Origin: an uncultured Acidobacteriaceae bacterium
GTDB taxonomy: Bacteria > Acidobacteriota > Terriglobia > Terriglobales > Acidobacteriaceae
NCBI GenBank assembly: GCA_963817165.1
Contig: CAWFNL010000002.1
Span: forward strand, 77,665-141,664
DNA: 64,000 nt
Reading direction: 5' to 3'
The notes beneath the pieces were generated by a model, which ran no database searches, had not been told where the DNA came from, and saw nothing but the letters and a program-made list of their open reading frames with translations. This document shows, in pieces, positions 9,847 to 22,985 of this stretch; position 1 is the first letter of the stretch, and every line of letters starts with the position of its first letter. Made by a program: the position numbers and the translations under genes.

Positions 9847-11025
9847 TTGAAGCACATCGCCATCCTGGGTTCGACCGGCTCCATCGGTCAAAGCACTCTA
9901 AGCATCGTTGAGAGCTACCCCGACCGCTTCTCTGTCGTCTCCCTCGCCGCCGGACGCAACATCGATACAGCCTTCCGGCAGTGCCAACGCTGGCGTCCCC
10001 GCGTCGTCTCCCTCGCCACCGAAGAGCTCGCCGCCGATCTCCGCCAGCGCCTCCACCGTGATGGCCTCACGGAAACCGAAGTCGTCTGGGGCACAGCAGG
10101 CACCGTTCTCGCAGCCACCCTCCTGGAAGCTGATTTCGTCGTCTCCGCCATCGTCGGCGTCGCTGGTCTCGAAGCCACCTATGCCGCCGTCGAAGCAGGC
10201 AAAACCATCGGCCTCGCCAACAAAGAAGCCATGGTCGCCGCCGGAGAGATCCTCACCGCCGCCGCCCGCCGCCACAACGTCTCGTTGCTGCCCATCGACT
10301 CCGAGCACAACGCGGTTCATCAGTGCATGCGCGCCGGCCAGCGCAGCGAAGTCCGCCAGATCTGGCTCACCGCCTCCGGAGGGCCGTTTCGCACCCTCCC
10401 CCTCGCTGAATTCGCCAACATCACCGTGGAGCAGGCTCTCCGCCATCCCACCTGGGTCATGGGCCGCCGCATCACCGTCGACTCCGCGACCATGCTCAAC
10501 AAGGGCCTCGAAATCATCGAAGCCTGCCGACTGTTTGACTTGCCGCCTTCTGCCGTTAAGGTGACGGTGCATCCGCAATCCACCGTGCATTCCCTCGTCG
10601 AATACGTCGACGGCAGCCTGCTGGCGCAAATCTCCGTCACCGATATGCGCCTGCCCATCCTCTACGCCCTCAGCTATCCGGAGCGCGTGCCCTCCGACCT
10701 CACCTTCAATATGGAAGCCCTCGCCGATCTGCAGTTTGAGCCGCCGGATTTTGAGCGCTTCCCCTGCCTCCGCCTCGCCTACGAGGCCGCGGAACAGGGT
10801 GGCGCCCACCCCATCGCCCTCAACGCCGCTGACGAAGTGGCTGTCGAAGCATTCCTCCAACGGGCCATTCCGTTTACGGGCATTCCCGCTACAATAGAAA
10901 AGGTACTCGAGACAACCCCCGAGACTCATCCGGCGACCATACAAGAGGTGCTCGCTTTGGACTGCCAGGCCCGCGAACGCTCGCGAGAAGTTCTGGCCCA
11001 AAGCAACACCGTCTCCCGCGGCTGA
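9847..11025 (+). CDS. dxr: 1-deoxy-D-xylulose-5-phosphate reductoisomerase
   Basis: TTG start. Contains IAILGSTGSIGQSTL (NADPH site), LANKEAMV, PIDSEHNA and HPTWVMGRRITVDSATM. Confidence 0.95.
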   Translation: MKHIAILGSTGSIGQSTLSIVESYPDRFSVVSLAAGRNIDTAFRQCQRWRPRVVSLATEELAADLRQRLHRDGLTETEVVWGTAGTVLAATLLEADFVVSAIVGVAGLEATYAAVEAGKTIGLANKEAMVAAGEILTAAARRHNVSLLPIDSEHNAVHQCMRAGQRSEVRQIWLTASGGPFRTLPLAEFANITVEQALRHPTWVMGRRITVDSATMLNKGLEIIEACRLFDLPPSAVKVTVHPQSTVHSLVEYVDGSLLAQISVTDMRLPILYALSYPERVPSDLTFNMEALADLQFEPPDFERFPCLRLAYEAAEQGGAHPIALNAADEVAVEAFLQRAIPFTGIPATIEKVLETTPETHPATIQEVLALDCQARERSREVLAQSNTVSRG

Positions 11026-11063
11026 ATCCCGCCTCCGGTACGTTCCTGGTTCTGCGACCCACT

Positions 11064-12443
11064 ATGTCCTTTGCCGTTATTTCGATTGTTTCGTTCTTCA
11101 TCGTGCTCAGCATCCTGGTGCTGGTGCATGAAGCGGGCCACTTCATCGTGGCCAAGGCCTGCGGCGTCCGCGTTGAGACCTTCTCCCTGGGCTTTCCGCC
11201 GCGCCTCTTCGGCATCAAGTACGGCGATACCGACTACTGCATCGGCGCGCTCCCCTTTGGCGGCTACGTCAAAATGTCCGGCGAACAACCGGGGGAGACA
11301 ACCACCGGCGACGCCGCTGAATTTTCCGCCCGTCCCCGCTGGCAGCGCGTGCTTATCGCCCTCGCCGGTCCGGTCGCCAATTTCCTGCTCGCCTTTGCTC
11401 TCATGGCGGGCTTCTTCATGCTTCACAACGAGGTTCCGGTCTATTCCACCGGCCCGGCCGTCCTCGATGTGGTGCCGCCGAACTCCGCCGCCGGTCGTGC
11501 CGGCCTGCTCTCCGGCGACGTCATCGTCCGCTTCGACAAAGACAAGAATCCCACCTGGGAAAGTGTGGAACAGCGTGCTTCGCTCGACGCCAACTCCACC
11601 ACCCCCATCACCGTGCAACGCGTCGTTGACGGCCAAACCAAACAGTTCAGTACCGAGCTTTTCCTCAGCGATCCCAGCAAAGGCGAGGACTTCGACATCG
11701 AGTCCCTCGGCCTGCTGCCGCGCGAGCAGGAAGATCCAGTGCGCGTGGAAGACGTGATGCCCGGCGATCCCGCCGCCAAAGCCGGCATCCAGCCCGGCGA
11801 CGGCATCGTTTCCGTCAACGGCCAGGCCGTCCACGGCGTCTCCTCCATCATCGCCGTCCTCGACGAAACCGGCAGCAAGCCCGTGAACATCGTCATCGAA
11901 CGCGGCGGGAAAGACATCAACATCACCGTCCAGCCCATCTGGGCTGACTTCGGCGGCGGCCAGGTCCCTGGCTACCGTCTCGGCTTCGGCGCCGATCCTC
12001 CGCCCTTCCGTGTGGAGCAGTCGCCGCTCCCCAAAGCCATCAGCCAGTCCGTCAGCTTCAACGTCAAAAATTCCGGCTACATCCTCGACATTCTCAGCCG
12101 CCTCTTTTCGCACCATGGCGCCGTGATGCAACAGCTCTCGGGCCCCATCGGCATCGCCCGCGCCACTGGCGAAGCCGCCCAGGCCCACGGCCTCGAGCCC
12201 ATCATCTATCTCACTTCCCTCATCAGCCTCAACCTCGGCATCATGAACCTGCTGCCCATCCCCATCCTCGATGGCGGCATGATCCTCTTCCTCGTTATCG
12301 AAGGCGTCCTGCGCCGCGATCTCAAGCAGGAATTCAAAGAGCGCATCTACCAGGTGGCGTTTGTCGTGCTCATCCTGTTCTTCGCGTTCGTCATGGTCAA
12401 CGATGTGTCGAAGCTGAATCTCTTCTCGCGACTCAAACCCTAA
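11064..12443 (+). CDS. rseP: RIP site-2 metalloprotease RseP
   Basis: HEAGHFIVAK (HExxH) in TM1, two PDZ-like segments, and the C-terminal NLLPIPILDGG motif. Confidence 0.9.
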   Translation: MSFAVISIVSFFIVLSILVLVHEAGHFIVAKACGVRVETFSLGFPPRLFGIKYGDTDYCIGALPFGGYVKMSGEQPGETTTGDAAEFSARPRWQRVLIALAGPVANFLLAFALMAGFFMLHNEVPVYSTGPAVLDVVPPNSAAGRAGLLSGDVIVRFDKDKNPTWESVEQRASLDANSTTPITVQRVVDGQTKQFSTELFLSDPSKGEDFDIESLGLLPREQEDPVRVEDVMPGDPAAKAGIQPGDGIVSVNGQAVHGVSSIIAVLDETGSKPVNIVIERGGKDINITVQPIWADFGGGQVPGYRLGFGADPPPFRVEQSPLPKAISQSVSFNVKNSGYILDILSRLFSHHGAVMQQLSGPIGIARATGEAAQAHGLEPIIYLTSLISLNLGIMNLLPIPILDGGMILFLVIEGVLRRDLKQEFKERIYQVAFVVLILFFAFVMVNDVSKLNLFSRLKP

Positions 12444-12488
12444 AGCGCCATCGGCGGAATCCGATACCCAAACGCCCCTCCCCGGTGC

Positions 12489-12542
12489 CCCATATCTGCC
12501 CGGTTTTGGCAGATGTGGGCTCGCGCGTGAGCGCCCGCCTTT
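12489..12542. repeat. Intergenic double-hairpin repeat, copy 1 (REP-like / bidirectional terminator-like element)
   Basis: 52/54 identical to 39903..39956. Hairpin 1 pairs cccatatctgcc (12489-12500) with ggcagatgtggg (12508-12519) around the loop cggtttt. Hairpin 2 is the palindrome gctcgcgcgtgagc (12519-12532), followed by a T-containing tail. It lies between convergent rseP and the amidase gene. Confidence 0.8.
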
Positions 12543-12551
12543 AAGGGTGGC

Positions 12552-13964
12552 TCACAGCGCCATCCGCGGCGGCTCATACCCGAACGCGCCTTCCACCCCC
12601 GCGGCCACCGTCAGCACCAGCTCGTCCGCATAAGGCCGCCCCGCAATCTGCACCCCAATCGGCAAACCCTCCGCCGACTGCGCCACCGGCACCACCGCCG
12701 CCGGTCCGCCAAGCAGATTGAACCACTGCGTGTACCGCATCGCGTCCAGATACTCGACCGCCGTCCCCTCCACCATCCAGCTCCGCTCAAACGGCTTGAA
12801 CGCCGGCACCGAGCATACCGGGCACAGCAGCAGCGGATACGCCCGCATCTCCGCCAGCAGCCGCGCGCGCACTTTGTCCGCTTCCACCCACGCCTCCAGC
12901 AGGGAATCCGCGGTCAGCGGCGTCTCCGCCCGCGCCAGCGCCAGAAAATCCCGAAACGTCGGGCTCAGCTCCTGCTCGCGTCCCCGAATCGTCGACGCAT
13001 ACAGCATCGCCCCGCACTGCATAAAGAAGGTCCACCACAGTTGCCGCGCCGCCTCCAGTGCCTGCGGACGAAAGGGTTCGATCTTGAACCCCTGCCGCTC
13101 CAGAGCCTGCGCCGCCGCCTCCACCGCCGCGCGCGTCTCCGCCGTCACCGGAACCAAACCGTCATCCGTGAACCACCCAATCGGTGTCCGCTTCGCCTCT
13201 TCCGGCGTCACTTTCCGAGATTGCACCGGCGCGCTGCTTGCATCTGTCGCGTCCTGTCCAGACAACGTGGCGAACAGCAATTCCACGTCGCCCACGGTTC
13301 GCGCCATCGGCCCAATCGCTCCCAAAAAAGTGAACGGTCCCAGGCAGGGTGGCAAATGTCCCGCCGCCGGTACGCGTCCCGCCGTCGGTTTCAGCGCGCA
13401 GATTCCCGTAAAGTGCGCTGGCTCCCGCACTGACCCGCCGCTGTCGCTCCCCAACCCGCCCGCCGAAAGCCCCGCCGCAATCGCCGCTGCCTCGCCCCCG
13501 CTCGATCCCCCCGCCGTATGCTCCAGGTTCCACGGATTCCGCGTGCTCCCGTACAGCAGGTTCTCCGTCTCGTACGCCATTAGAAATTCCGGACAATTCG
13601 TCGTCCCCAGCACCACCGTGCCCGCCGCGATCAGCCGGTCGACGACAACGGCATTCTGGTCCGGCCTCGATCCCTTATTCAGCACGCTGCCAATCTCGCA
13701 CCGATACCCGGCCACCGAAATCGACGACTTTACCGTGACCGGCAGCCCCGCCAGCGGCCCGGCCCCCGCTCCGTTTGAAGCACCCAACTTCACCTTGCGC
13801 GCCAGCGCCCTTACCCGCTCCGCATCGAAATCGACAAGCGCGTTCAACTGCGGATTCAGCCGCTGAATTTGCCGGATATGTTCCTCCGCCAGTTCCAGCG
13901 GCGTGATCGCGCGGCTGCGCAGCATCGCGAGTTGTTCAGTGGCAGGCTTCAGAGTCACAGACAT
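12552..13964 (-). CDS. Amidase-signature family amidohydrolase
   Basis: 470 aa with the amidase signature TAGGSSGGEAAAIAAGLSAGGLGSDSGGSVREPA. Confidence 0.85.
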   Translation of the reverse strand: MSVTLKPATEQLAMLRSRAITPLELAEEHIRQIQRLNPQLNALVDFDAERVRALARKVKLGASNGAGAGPLAGLPVTVKSSISVAGYRCEIGSVLNKGSRPDQNAVVVDRLIAAGTVVLGTTNCPEFLMAYETENLLYGSTRNPWNLEHTAGGSSGGEAAAIAAGLSAGGLGSDSGGSVREPAHFTGICALKPTAGRVPAAGHLPPCLGPFTFLGAIGPMARTVGDVELLFATLSGQDATDASSAPVQSRKVTPEEAKRTPIGWFTDDGLVPVTAETRAAVEAAAQALERQGFKIEPFRPQALEAARQLWWTFFMQCGAMLYASTIRGREQELSPTFRDFLALARAETPLTADSLLEAWVEADKVRARLLAEMRAYPLLLCPVCSVPAFKPFERSWMVEGTAVEYLDAMRYTQWFNLLGGPAAVVPVAQSAEGLPIGVQIAGRPYADELVLTVAAGVEGAFGYEPPRMAL

Positions 13965-14010
13965 GGCAAAGTCAGGAACGTCAGGGTCCGGGTGATTATA
14001 ATTTCTTCAA

Positions 14011-15138
14011 GTGCCGAGCGATTTTTCCTCCCCGTCGCAACCCTTCAACCCAACCAACTGGGCTGAGATTCTCGGGCGACCGCCATCGCCGTCCGAACCC
14101 CTCCGCATACCATCCGCCGCCGCTACCCGCATCCTCGTCACCGGCGCCGGCGGCTTCATCGGCTCGGAGATGGTCCGCGTATTCGCCGCGTCCGGCGCTG
14201 CACACATCGTGCTCCTCGACATCTGCGAACAGCATCTTTTCGAAGTCCACGCCGCGCTCGCCGCCCCGGGCTATGCGGTCCGCTGCACGCCCATCCTCGG
14301 CAGCGTCTGCGATCGCCCGCTCCTCGACGCGCTCTTCGCCGAGCATCGTCCCCAGCTCATCCTCCACGCCGCCGCCCTCAAGCACGTGCTGCTCATGGAG
14401 CAAAATCCCCTCGCCGCCGTCGCCACTAACACCCTCGGCACCGCAACCCTCACCGAAGCCGCTACAGCCCAAGGCGCGCGCCACCTCATTCTCGTCTCGA
14501 CAGACAAAGCCGTCGCCCCCCACAGCATCATGGGCGCCTCCAAACACATCGCAGAACAGATCATGCTCGTGCCGGATCGCCACATGCGGAAAACGGCCGT
14601 CCGGTTAGTCAATGTCATCGGCTCCCCATGCAGCGTCGGCCCGCTCTTCTCCGAACAAATCGCTCGCGGCGGACCCGTCACCGTCACCCATCCCGCCGCC
14701 AACCGATTCTTTCTAACCCTCAGCGAAGTCACATCCCTGCTCGCAGAAGCCATCGAATCCGAAGCAAGCGGATTGCTCATCCCGAATCCTCACGTCACCG
14801 GCGAACCCATCCTCATCGCCGATCTCGCCCGCCGCATGATCGCTGCCAGCCGCCGCAACAGTCCCATCGTCTTCACCCAACCGCGTCCCGGCGAAAAGCA
14901 GGACGAGTCCCTCGTCGCCCCCAACGAAACGCTCGCCGAACCAGCCACTCCATCCCTCAATCGTGTAGAAGGCCCCACCACACCCAACCTGGCCGAGCAT
15001 CTCCAGGCGCTCGAAGCTGCCATCGCTGCCCTCGACCGCGCCGAGATCGTCCGCCTCGTCCAGCATCTCGTCCCTGGCTACCAGCCCAGCGCCCTGTTGC
15101 GCGACTGCGTATCCGAGCCACTGGCCGCCCGCAGCTGA
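14011..15138 (+). CDS. Nucleotide-sugar 4,6-dehydratase, Polysacc_synt_2 (CapD/PglF/PseB-like) family, soluble short form
   Basis: Rossmann motif ILVTGAGGFIGSEMV. The STDKAVAPHSIMGASKHIAE block has Met at the usual Tyr position, as in the CapD/PglF group. Confidence 0.7.
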   Translation: MPSDFSSPSQPFNPTNWAEILGRPPSPSEPLRIPSAAATRILVTGAGGFIGSEMVRVFAASGAAHIVLLDICEQHLFEVHAALAAPGYAVRCTPILGSVCDRPLLDALFAEHRPQLILHAAALKHVLLMEQNPLAAVATNTLGTATLTEAATAQGARHLILVSTDKAVAPHSIMGASKHIAEQIMLVPDRHMRKTAVRLVNVIGSPCSVGPLFSEQIARGGPVTVTHPAANRFFLTLSEVTSLLAEAIESEASGLLIPNPHVTGEPILIADLARRMIAASRRNSPIVFTQPRPGEKQDESLVAPNETLAEPATPSLNRVEGPTTPNLAEHLQALEAAIAALDRAEIVRLVQHLVPGYQPSALLRDCVSEPLAARS

Positions 15139-15146
15139 ACTAAAAA

Positions 15147-15542
15147 CTAATTGGGCGCGACCACCACCGAGCCCCAAAACAGCAGCATCAGCCCGTTCAC
15201 CAACAAAATGTAGCGCCGGTGCCCCCGCTGCATGGCAATGCACAACATGCACAACAGGGTCGAAGCCGCTGCAGCCAAAAACGGAATGACGAACGCCACG
15301 CTGGCCGGCAACCCCAGTTCGTCCATCCACCCCGCCACTGGCCCGCTGCGGATCCCGAGCACCGCCAGCGCCAGGACGCTCCACAACGCATAGACACCGA
15401 CGTTCACCCGCGACAGCCGGTACAGCATGGGGTTCAGCACCCCTCTGCGCCGCCATAACCAAAGCATTCCAAAGGCCGGCAAGACCAGCAAAATCGCCTT
15501 CAGCAGCGATATCCCAAACCAGGGCCATCCATCCCACTGCAT
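15147..15542 (-). CDS. Small 4-TM membrane protein, function unknown
   Basis: Minus-strand ORF with four hydrophobic segments. Start placed at the internal ATG (MQWDGWPWFG). No recognisable motif. Confidence 0.4.
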   Translation of the reverse strand: MQWDGWPWFGISLLKAILLVLPAFGMLWLWRRRGVLNPMLYRLSRVNVGVYALWSVLALAVLGIRSGPVAGWMDELGLPASVAFVIPFLAAAASTLLCMLCIAMQRGHRRYILLVNGLMLLFWGSVVVAPN

Positions 15543-15622
15543 ATACTTGTCTCCGGGCCCGATGAGCACAGCCCACCGGCGATTTGCATGATGCAAACCC
15601 TTCAACACGGAATCCCGGAAAA

Positions 15623-16799
15623 ATGATGCGCAAAATCGCCGTCGTCACCACTTCCCGCGCCGATTACAGCCATCTTTACTGGCCGCTGCGCCTCCTCGCC
15701 GACCATCCTGACGTCGATCTCCGCCTCATCGTCATGGCCTCCCACCTCTCGCCGGAGTTCGGCGCGACCATCCGCGAGATCGAAAAAGACGGTTTCCCCA
15801 TCGCCGCCCGCATCGAGTGCCTGCTCAGCTCCGACTCCGACGTCGGCATGGCCAAAAGCATCGGCGTCGCTGTCCTCTCGCTGGCCGATACCCTCGGCGC
15901 AGATGCGCCCCGACCTCCTGCTCCTCATCGCCGACCGCTACGAAATGCTCGCGCCCGCCTCCGTCGCTCTCTCCCTGCGCATCCCCATCGCCCACATCGA
16001 GGGTGGCGAAATCAGCGAGGGTGCCATCGACGACGCCGTCCGCAACGCGCTCACCAAAATGAGCCACATCCATTTCACTTCGACCGACGGCGCCCGCGCA
16101 GCGCGTCATCGCCATGGGCGAAGAACCCTGGCGCGTCCATCGCGCCGGCGCACCCTCGCTCGATCACCTCCGCCGCAGCACGCTGCTCTCCCGCGAAGAA
16201 GTCGAATCCAGCTGTGGCCTCGACCTCAGCACCCCCGCGCTCCTCGTCGCCTACCACCCCGTCACCCTCGAGCAGGACACCACCACCGAAGCCGACGCGC
16301 TCTTCACCGCGCTCGAACAAATCTCTGCCCAGCCCGACACCCAGCTCCTCTTCTGCTATCCCAACGCCGACGCCGGCAGCCGCTCGCTCGTCGAGCGCAC
16401 CCGCGCCTTCCTCGCGCACCACCCCGGCGCAACTCTTCGTCAATCTCGACGCCGTCACCTACTGGAGCCTCCTCCGCCACGTCGATCGTCATGATCGGCA
16501 ACTCCTCCAGCGGCATCATGGAAACCGCCTCGTTCGCGCTGCCCACCGTCAACATCGGCCTCCGCCAAAAAGGCCGCGAGCGCGCCCTCAACGTCCTCGA
16601 CGCCGAACCCGACGCCGCCGCCATCCTCGCCCGCATCGCAGAAGCCCGCAGCCCTGCTTTCCGCGCGTCGCTGGCAGGCATGACCAATCCCTACGGCGAC
16701 GGCCACGCCGCGGAGCGCATCGTCCAGGTCCTCACCACCGTCCCCACCGGCCCGCAACTGCTCATCAAGCGCGCCATGCCCTGCGGATTTGCCGAATGA
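15623..16799 (+). pseudogene. neuC: UDP-N-acetylglucosamine 2-epimerase (hydrolysing), NeuC/LegG-like, interrupted by 4 frame changes
   Basis: The NeuC-like sequence has to be read in five pieces. Frame 2: MMRKIAVVTTSRADYSHLYWPL...ADTLGA, to about 15900. Frame 0: MRPDLLLLIADRYEMLAPA...HIHFTSTD, to about 16097. Frame 1: QRVIAMGEEPWRVHRAGAPSLD...LAHHPGA, to about 16430. Frame 2: QLFVNLDAVTYWSLLRHVD, to about 16486. Frame 0: VMIGNSSSGIMETASFALPTVNIGLRQKGRE..., to the stop at 16799. Confidence 0.8.
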
Positions 16800-17933
16800 A
16801 CGAGATCCCACTCTCCGCCCCCGACATCACAGAATCCGAGATCGAAGCCGTCGCAGCCGTCCTCCGCACCGGCCGCCTCAGCCTCGGCCCCCAACTCCAG
16901 GCCTTCGAAAACGCGATGGCCGCGTGCCTCGGCGCGCCCCACGCCATCGGCGTCAGCTCCGGCACCGCCGGCCTGCACCTCACCCTCCTCGCCAACAACA
17001 TCGGCCCCGGCGACGAAGTCATCGTCCCCTCCTTCACCTTCATCGCCGTCGCCAACGCCGTTCGTTACACCGGCGCGCATCCCGTCTTCGCCGACATCGA
17101 TCCCAACACCCTCAACCTCGATCCCGCCAGCGTGGAAGCCGCCCTCACCCCGCGCACCCGCGTCCTCATCGCCGTCCACACCTTCGGACGTCCCGCCGAC
17201 TTGCCAGTGCTGCTCGCAATCGCCCAGCGCCACAACCTCCTCCTCATCGAAGACGGCTGCGAAGCCATCGGCGCCCGCATCAACGGCCAGCCCGTCGGCT
17301 CCTTCGGCGACTGCGCCGTCTTCGCCTTCTATCCCAACAAGCAGATCACCACCGGCGAAGGCGGCATGGTCCTCACCCGCCACCCGGAAATCGCCCGCCG
17401 CATCCGCGCCTTACGTAACCATGGCCGTTACGAATCAGCAGCCCCGCAAAGCTGGCTCGACCACGCGGAAGCTCGGCTTCAACTACCGCCTCTCTGAAAT
17501 GCAGGCCGCCCTCGGCCTCGCCCAACTCGCCCGCCTCAATGAAATCCTTACCCGCCGCGAATCCATCGCCCGCCGCTACAACGAACGACTCGCCGAAACT
17601 CCGCACCTGCATCTCCCCACCCTCGACGTCCCCGGCCAGCGCCTCAGCTGGTTCGTCTTCGTCGTTCGCCTCGCAGAAGAATGCACCCGCGACGATCGCG
17701 ACCGCGTCATGCGCGCCCTTGCCGCTGAAGGCATCGGCACCGGCCGCTACTTCGCCCCCATCCACCAACAGCCCGCCTACGCTGAACACCCAACCGCCCC
17801 GCTGCCCGTTACCGAATCCATCGCCGCCCGCACTCTGGCCCTCCCCTTCTTCAATCGCATCACCGAAGACCAAATGCAGCGCGTCACACGGACACTACGC
17901 ACGGCCCTCCACTCCGCTCTCGCTCACAAATAA
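16796..17933 (+). pseudogene. DegT/DnrJ/EryC1/StrS-family sugar aminotransferase with one frame change
   Basis: The ATG overlaps the neuC stop (ATGA at 16796-16799). The sequence is family-typical (GPQLQAFENAMAACLGAPHAIGVSSGTAGLHLTL, FYPNKQITTGEGGMV) up to ...SWLDHAE. One extra G at 17471 moves the reading to frame 0 (LGFNYRLSEMQAALGLAQL...), which runs to 17933. Confidence 0.8.
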
Positions 17934-17979
17934 TTCGCCTCACCCCACCCAAATCAATTCACAGCAATTTCCAGCCCAA

Positions 17980-18921
17980 ATGCTACGATGGGCCATGGCT
18001 CCCAGCCGGAAATCTCCAGCCCGGCCGCGCGCAGCAGCCAAGTCCACCAAGCCCGCCGCGCCGGAACAGCCCCGCGAGCTCGTCATCCTCACCGGCCTGT
18101 CCGGCTCCGGCAAGGCCTCCGCCCTCAAAGCCTTTGAAGACCTGGGCTATTACGCCGTCGACAACATGCCCGTCTCGCTCACTCCGCCGTTTGCGGAGCT
18201 GGTCGCGCACTCGCGTGATATTCATCGCGCCGCCCTTGTCATCGACGTCCGCGAAGGCCAGAGCCTCGAGCAGTTTCCCGCCATTCTCGAAGACATTCGC
18301 CGCATCCTGCCCACCACCGTCGTTTTTCTTGAGGCCTCGCGTGCCGCCCTGGTCGCCCGCTTTTCTGAGACGCGCCGTCCCCACCCCCTCGGTCGCGAAG
18401 AGCGCGTCACCCGCGCCCTGCAGGAGGAACGCCGCCTCCTCGAGCCCATCCGCAAGGTTGCTGAGATCGTCATCGACACCACCCGCTTCAACGTCCACGA
18501 ACTCCGCGCCTACATCCAAAACAAATTTGTCCGCGAGAGCGACGGCAAAAGCCTGCTCGTCTCCTCCGTCAGCTTCGGCTACAAAAAAGGCGTGCCCCTC
18601 GACGCCGACCTCGTCTTCGACGTCCGCTTCCTGCCCAACCCCCATTTCGTTCCCGAGTTCCGCAACCTCACCGGCCTCGATCCCAAAGTCGAGAACTACG
18701 TCATCGGCTTCCCGCAGACGCGCGAATTCCTCGACCGCATCACTGAGCTGTTTCTCTTTCTGCTCCCCCACTACATCCGCGAAGGCAAAAGCTATCTCAC
18801 CCTCGCCTTCGGATGCACCGGCGGCCAGCATCGCTCCGTCATGATCGCGGAAGAAGTAGCGCGCCGCCTCGGCCGTCACGGCTATCGCGTAAAAACCGCG
18901 CACCGCGACATGCCTCGCTAG
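17980..18921 (+). CDS. rapZ: RNase adapter protein RapZ (YvcJ/YhbJ family P-loop protein)
   Basis: Walker A LTGLSGSGKASALKAFEDLGYYAVDNMP and the C-terminal GCTGGQHRSV motif. The 17539-17979 part of the ORF overlaps the DegT gene out of frame and is Pro/Ser junk. Confidence 0.9.
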   Translation: MLRWAMAPSRKSPARPRAAAKSTKPAAPEQPRELVILTGLSGSGKASALKAFEDLGYYAVDNMPVSLTPPFAELVAHSRDIHRAALVIDVREGQSLEQFPAILEDIRRILPTTVVFLEASRAALVARFSETRRPHPLGREERVTRALQEERRLLEPIRKVAEIVIDTTRFNVHELRAYIQNKFVRESDGKSLLVSSVSFGYKKGVPLDADLVFDVRFLPNPHFVPEFRNLTGLDPKVENYVIGFPQTREFLDRITELFLFLLPHYIREGKSYLTLAFGCTGGQHRSVMIAEEVARRLGRHGYRVKTAHRDMPR

Positions 18922-18927
18922 CAGCGC

Positions 18928-19293
18928 TCAGGCATGCTGCGAAATCGACAGCACATTCCCATCCGGATCTTTAAACCACGCCACCTTATCCCCATTCGGA
19001 AACGTAGCAATCCCCCGCTCATCCAGCGCCATGTTGGGATACCGCTCGAACGCCACCCCCGCGCTCTCCAACTGGTCCACCGTCATTTCAATGTTCTCTG
19101 CCTCCCATCCCAGCACCGTATTCTGCGCCGGCGTAAACTCCTTCACCTTCGCAATCCGCAGCATCACGCCATTGCTCACAAACACCAGCGCGAAACCATC
19201 ATCGCGCAAATACTTCAGGCCAAGCTGATCGCGAAAAAACGTAACCGCGGCCTCCGGCTTCGTCGTCAGCAAAAATGTCACTACATGATCCAT
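18928..19293 (-). CDS. VOC/glyoxalase-family protein
   Basis: About 121 aa starting at MDHVVTFLLT. Paired beta-alpha-beta-beta-beta-like segments and a C-terminal WFKDPDGNVLSI, typical of glyoxalase/bleomycin-resistance folds. Confidence 0.75.
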   Translation of the reverse strand: MDHVVTFLLTTKPEAAVTFFRDQLGLKYLRDDGFALVFVSNGVMLRIAKVKEFTPAQNTVLGWEAENIEMTVDQLESAGVAFERYPNMALDERGIATFPNGDKVAWFKDPDGNVLSISQHA

Positions 19294-19450
19294 ACGCGTT
19301 TCTCCTGGAGTTAAAAGGGCAGAGAAATGGTACACGTCCGCCCTTAATCCAATCCTCAATTCGCATTTCGTACCCGCTTTTCCTCATCCGTCCGGCCCGC
19401 ATCCACACAACCACCCTCGCTCCCGCCGACCTAAAATAGATCCAGACCCC

Positions 19451-22960
<3,510 letters not shown>

Positions 22961-22985
22961 ACTCAGGTCCATCTACAATCAATCG

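Noticed and set aside
15584-17497. 637-aa plus-strand ORF that looks like one large protein
   Set aside because: It is a chimera. Its start is the true neuC N-terminus, its middle is Arg/Pro-rich out-of-frame read-through, and its last third is the true DegT aminotransferase N-terminal part. It is better explained as two frame-disrupted genes.
17539-17979. N-terminal 147-codon extension of the rapZ ORF
   Set aside because: It overlaps the DegT gene in another frame and is Pro/Ser/Ala low-complexity. The RapZ similarity begins only after the ATG at 17980.
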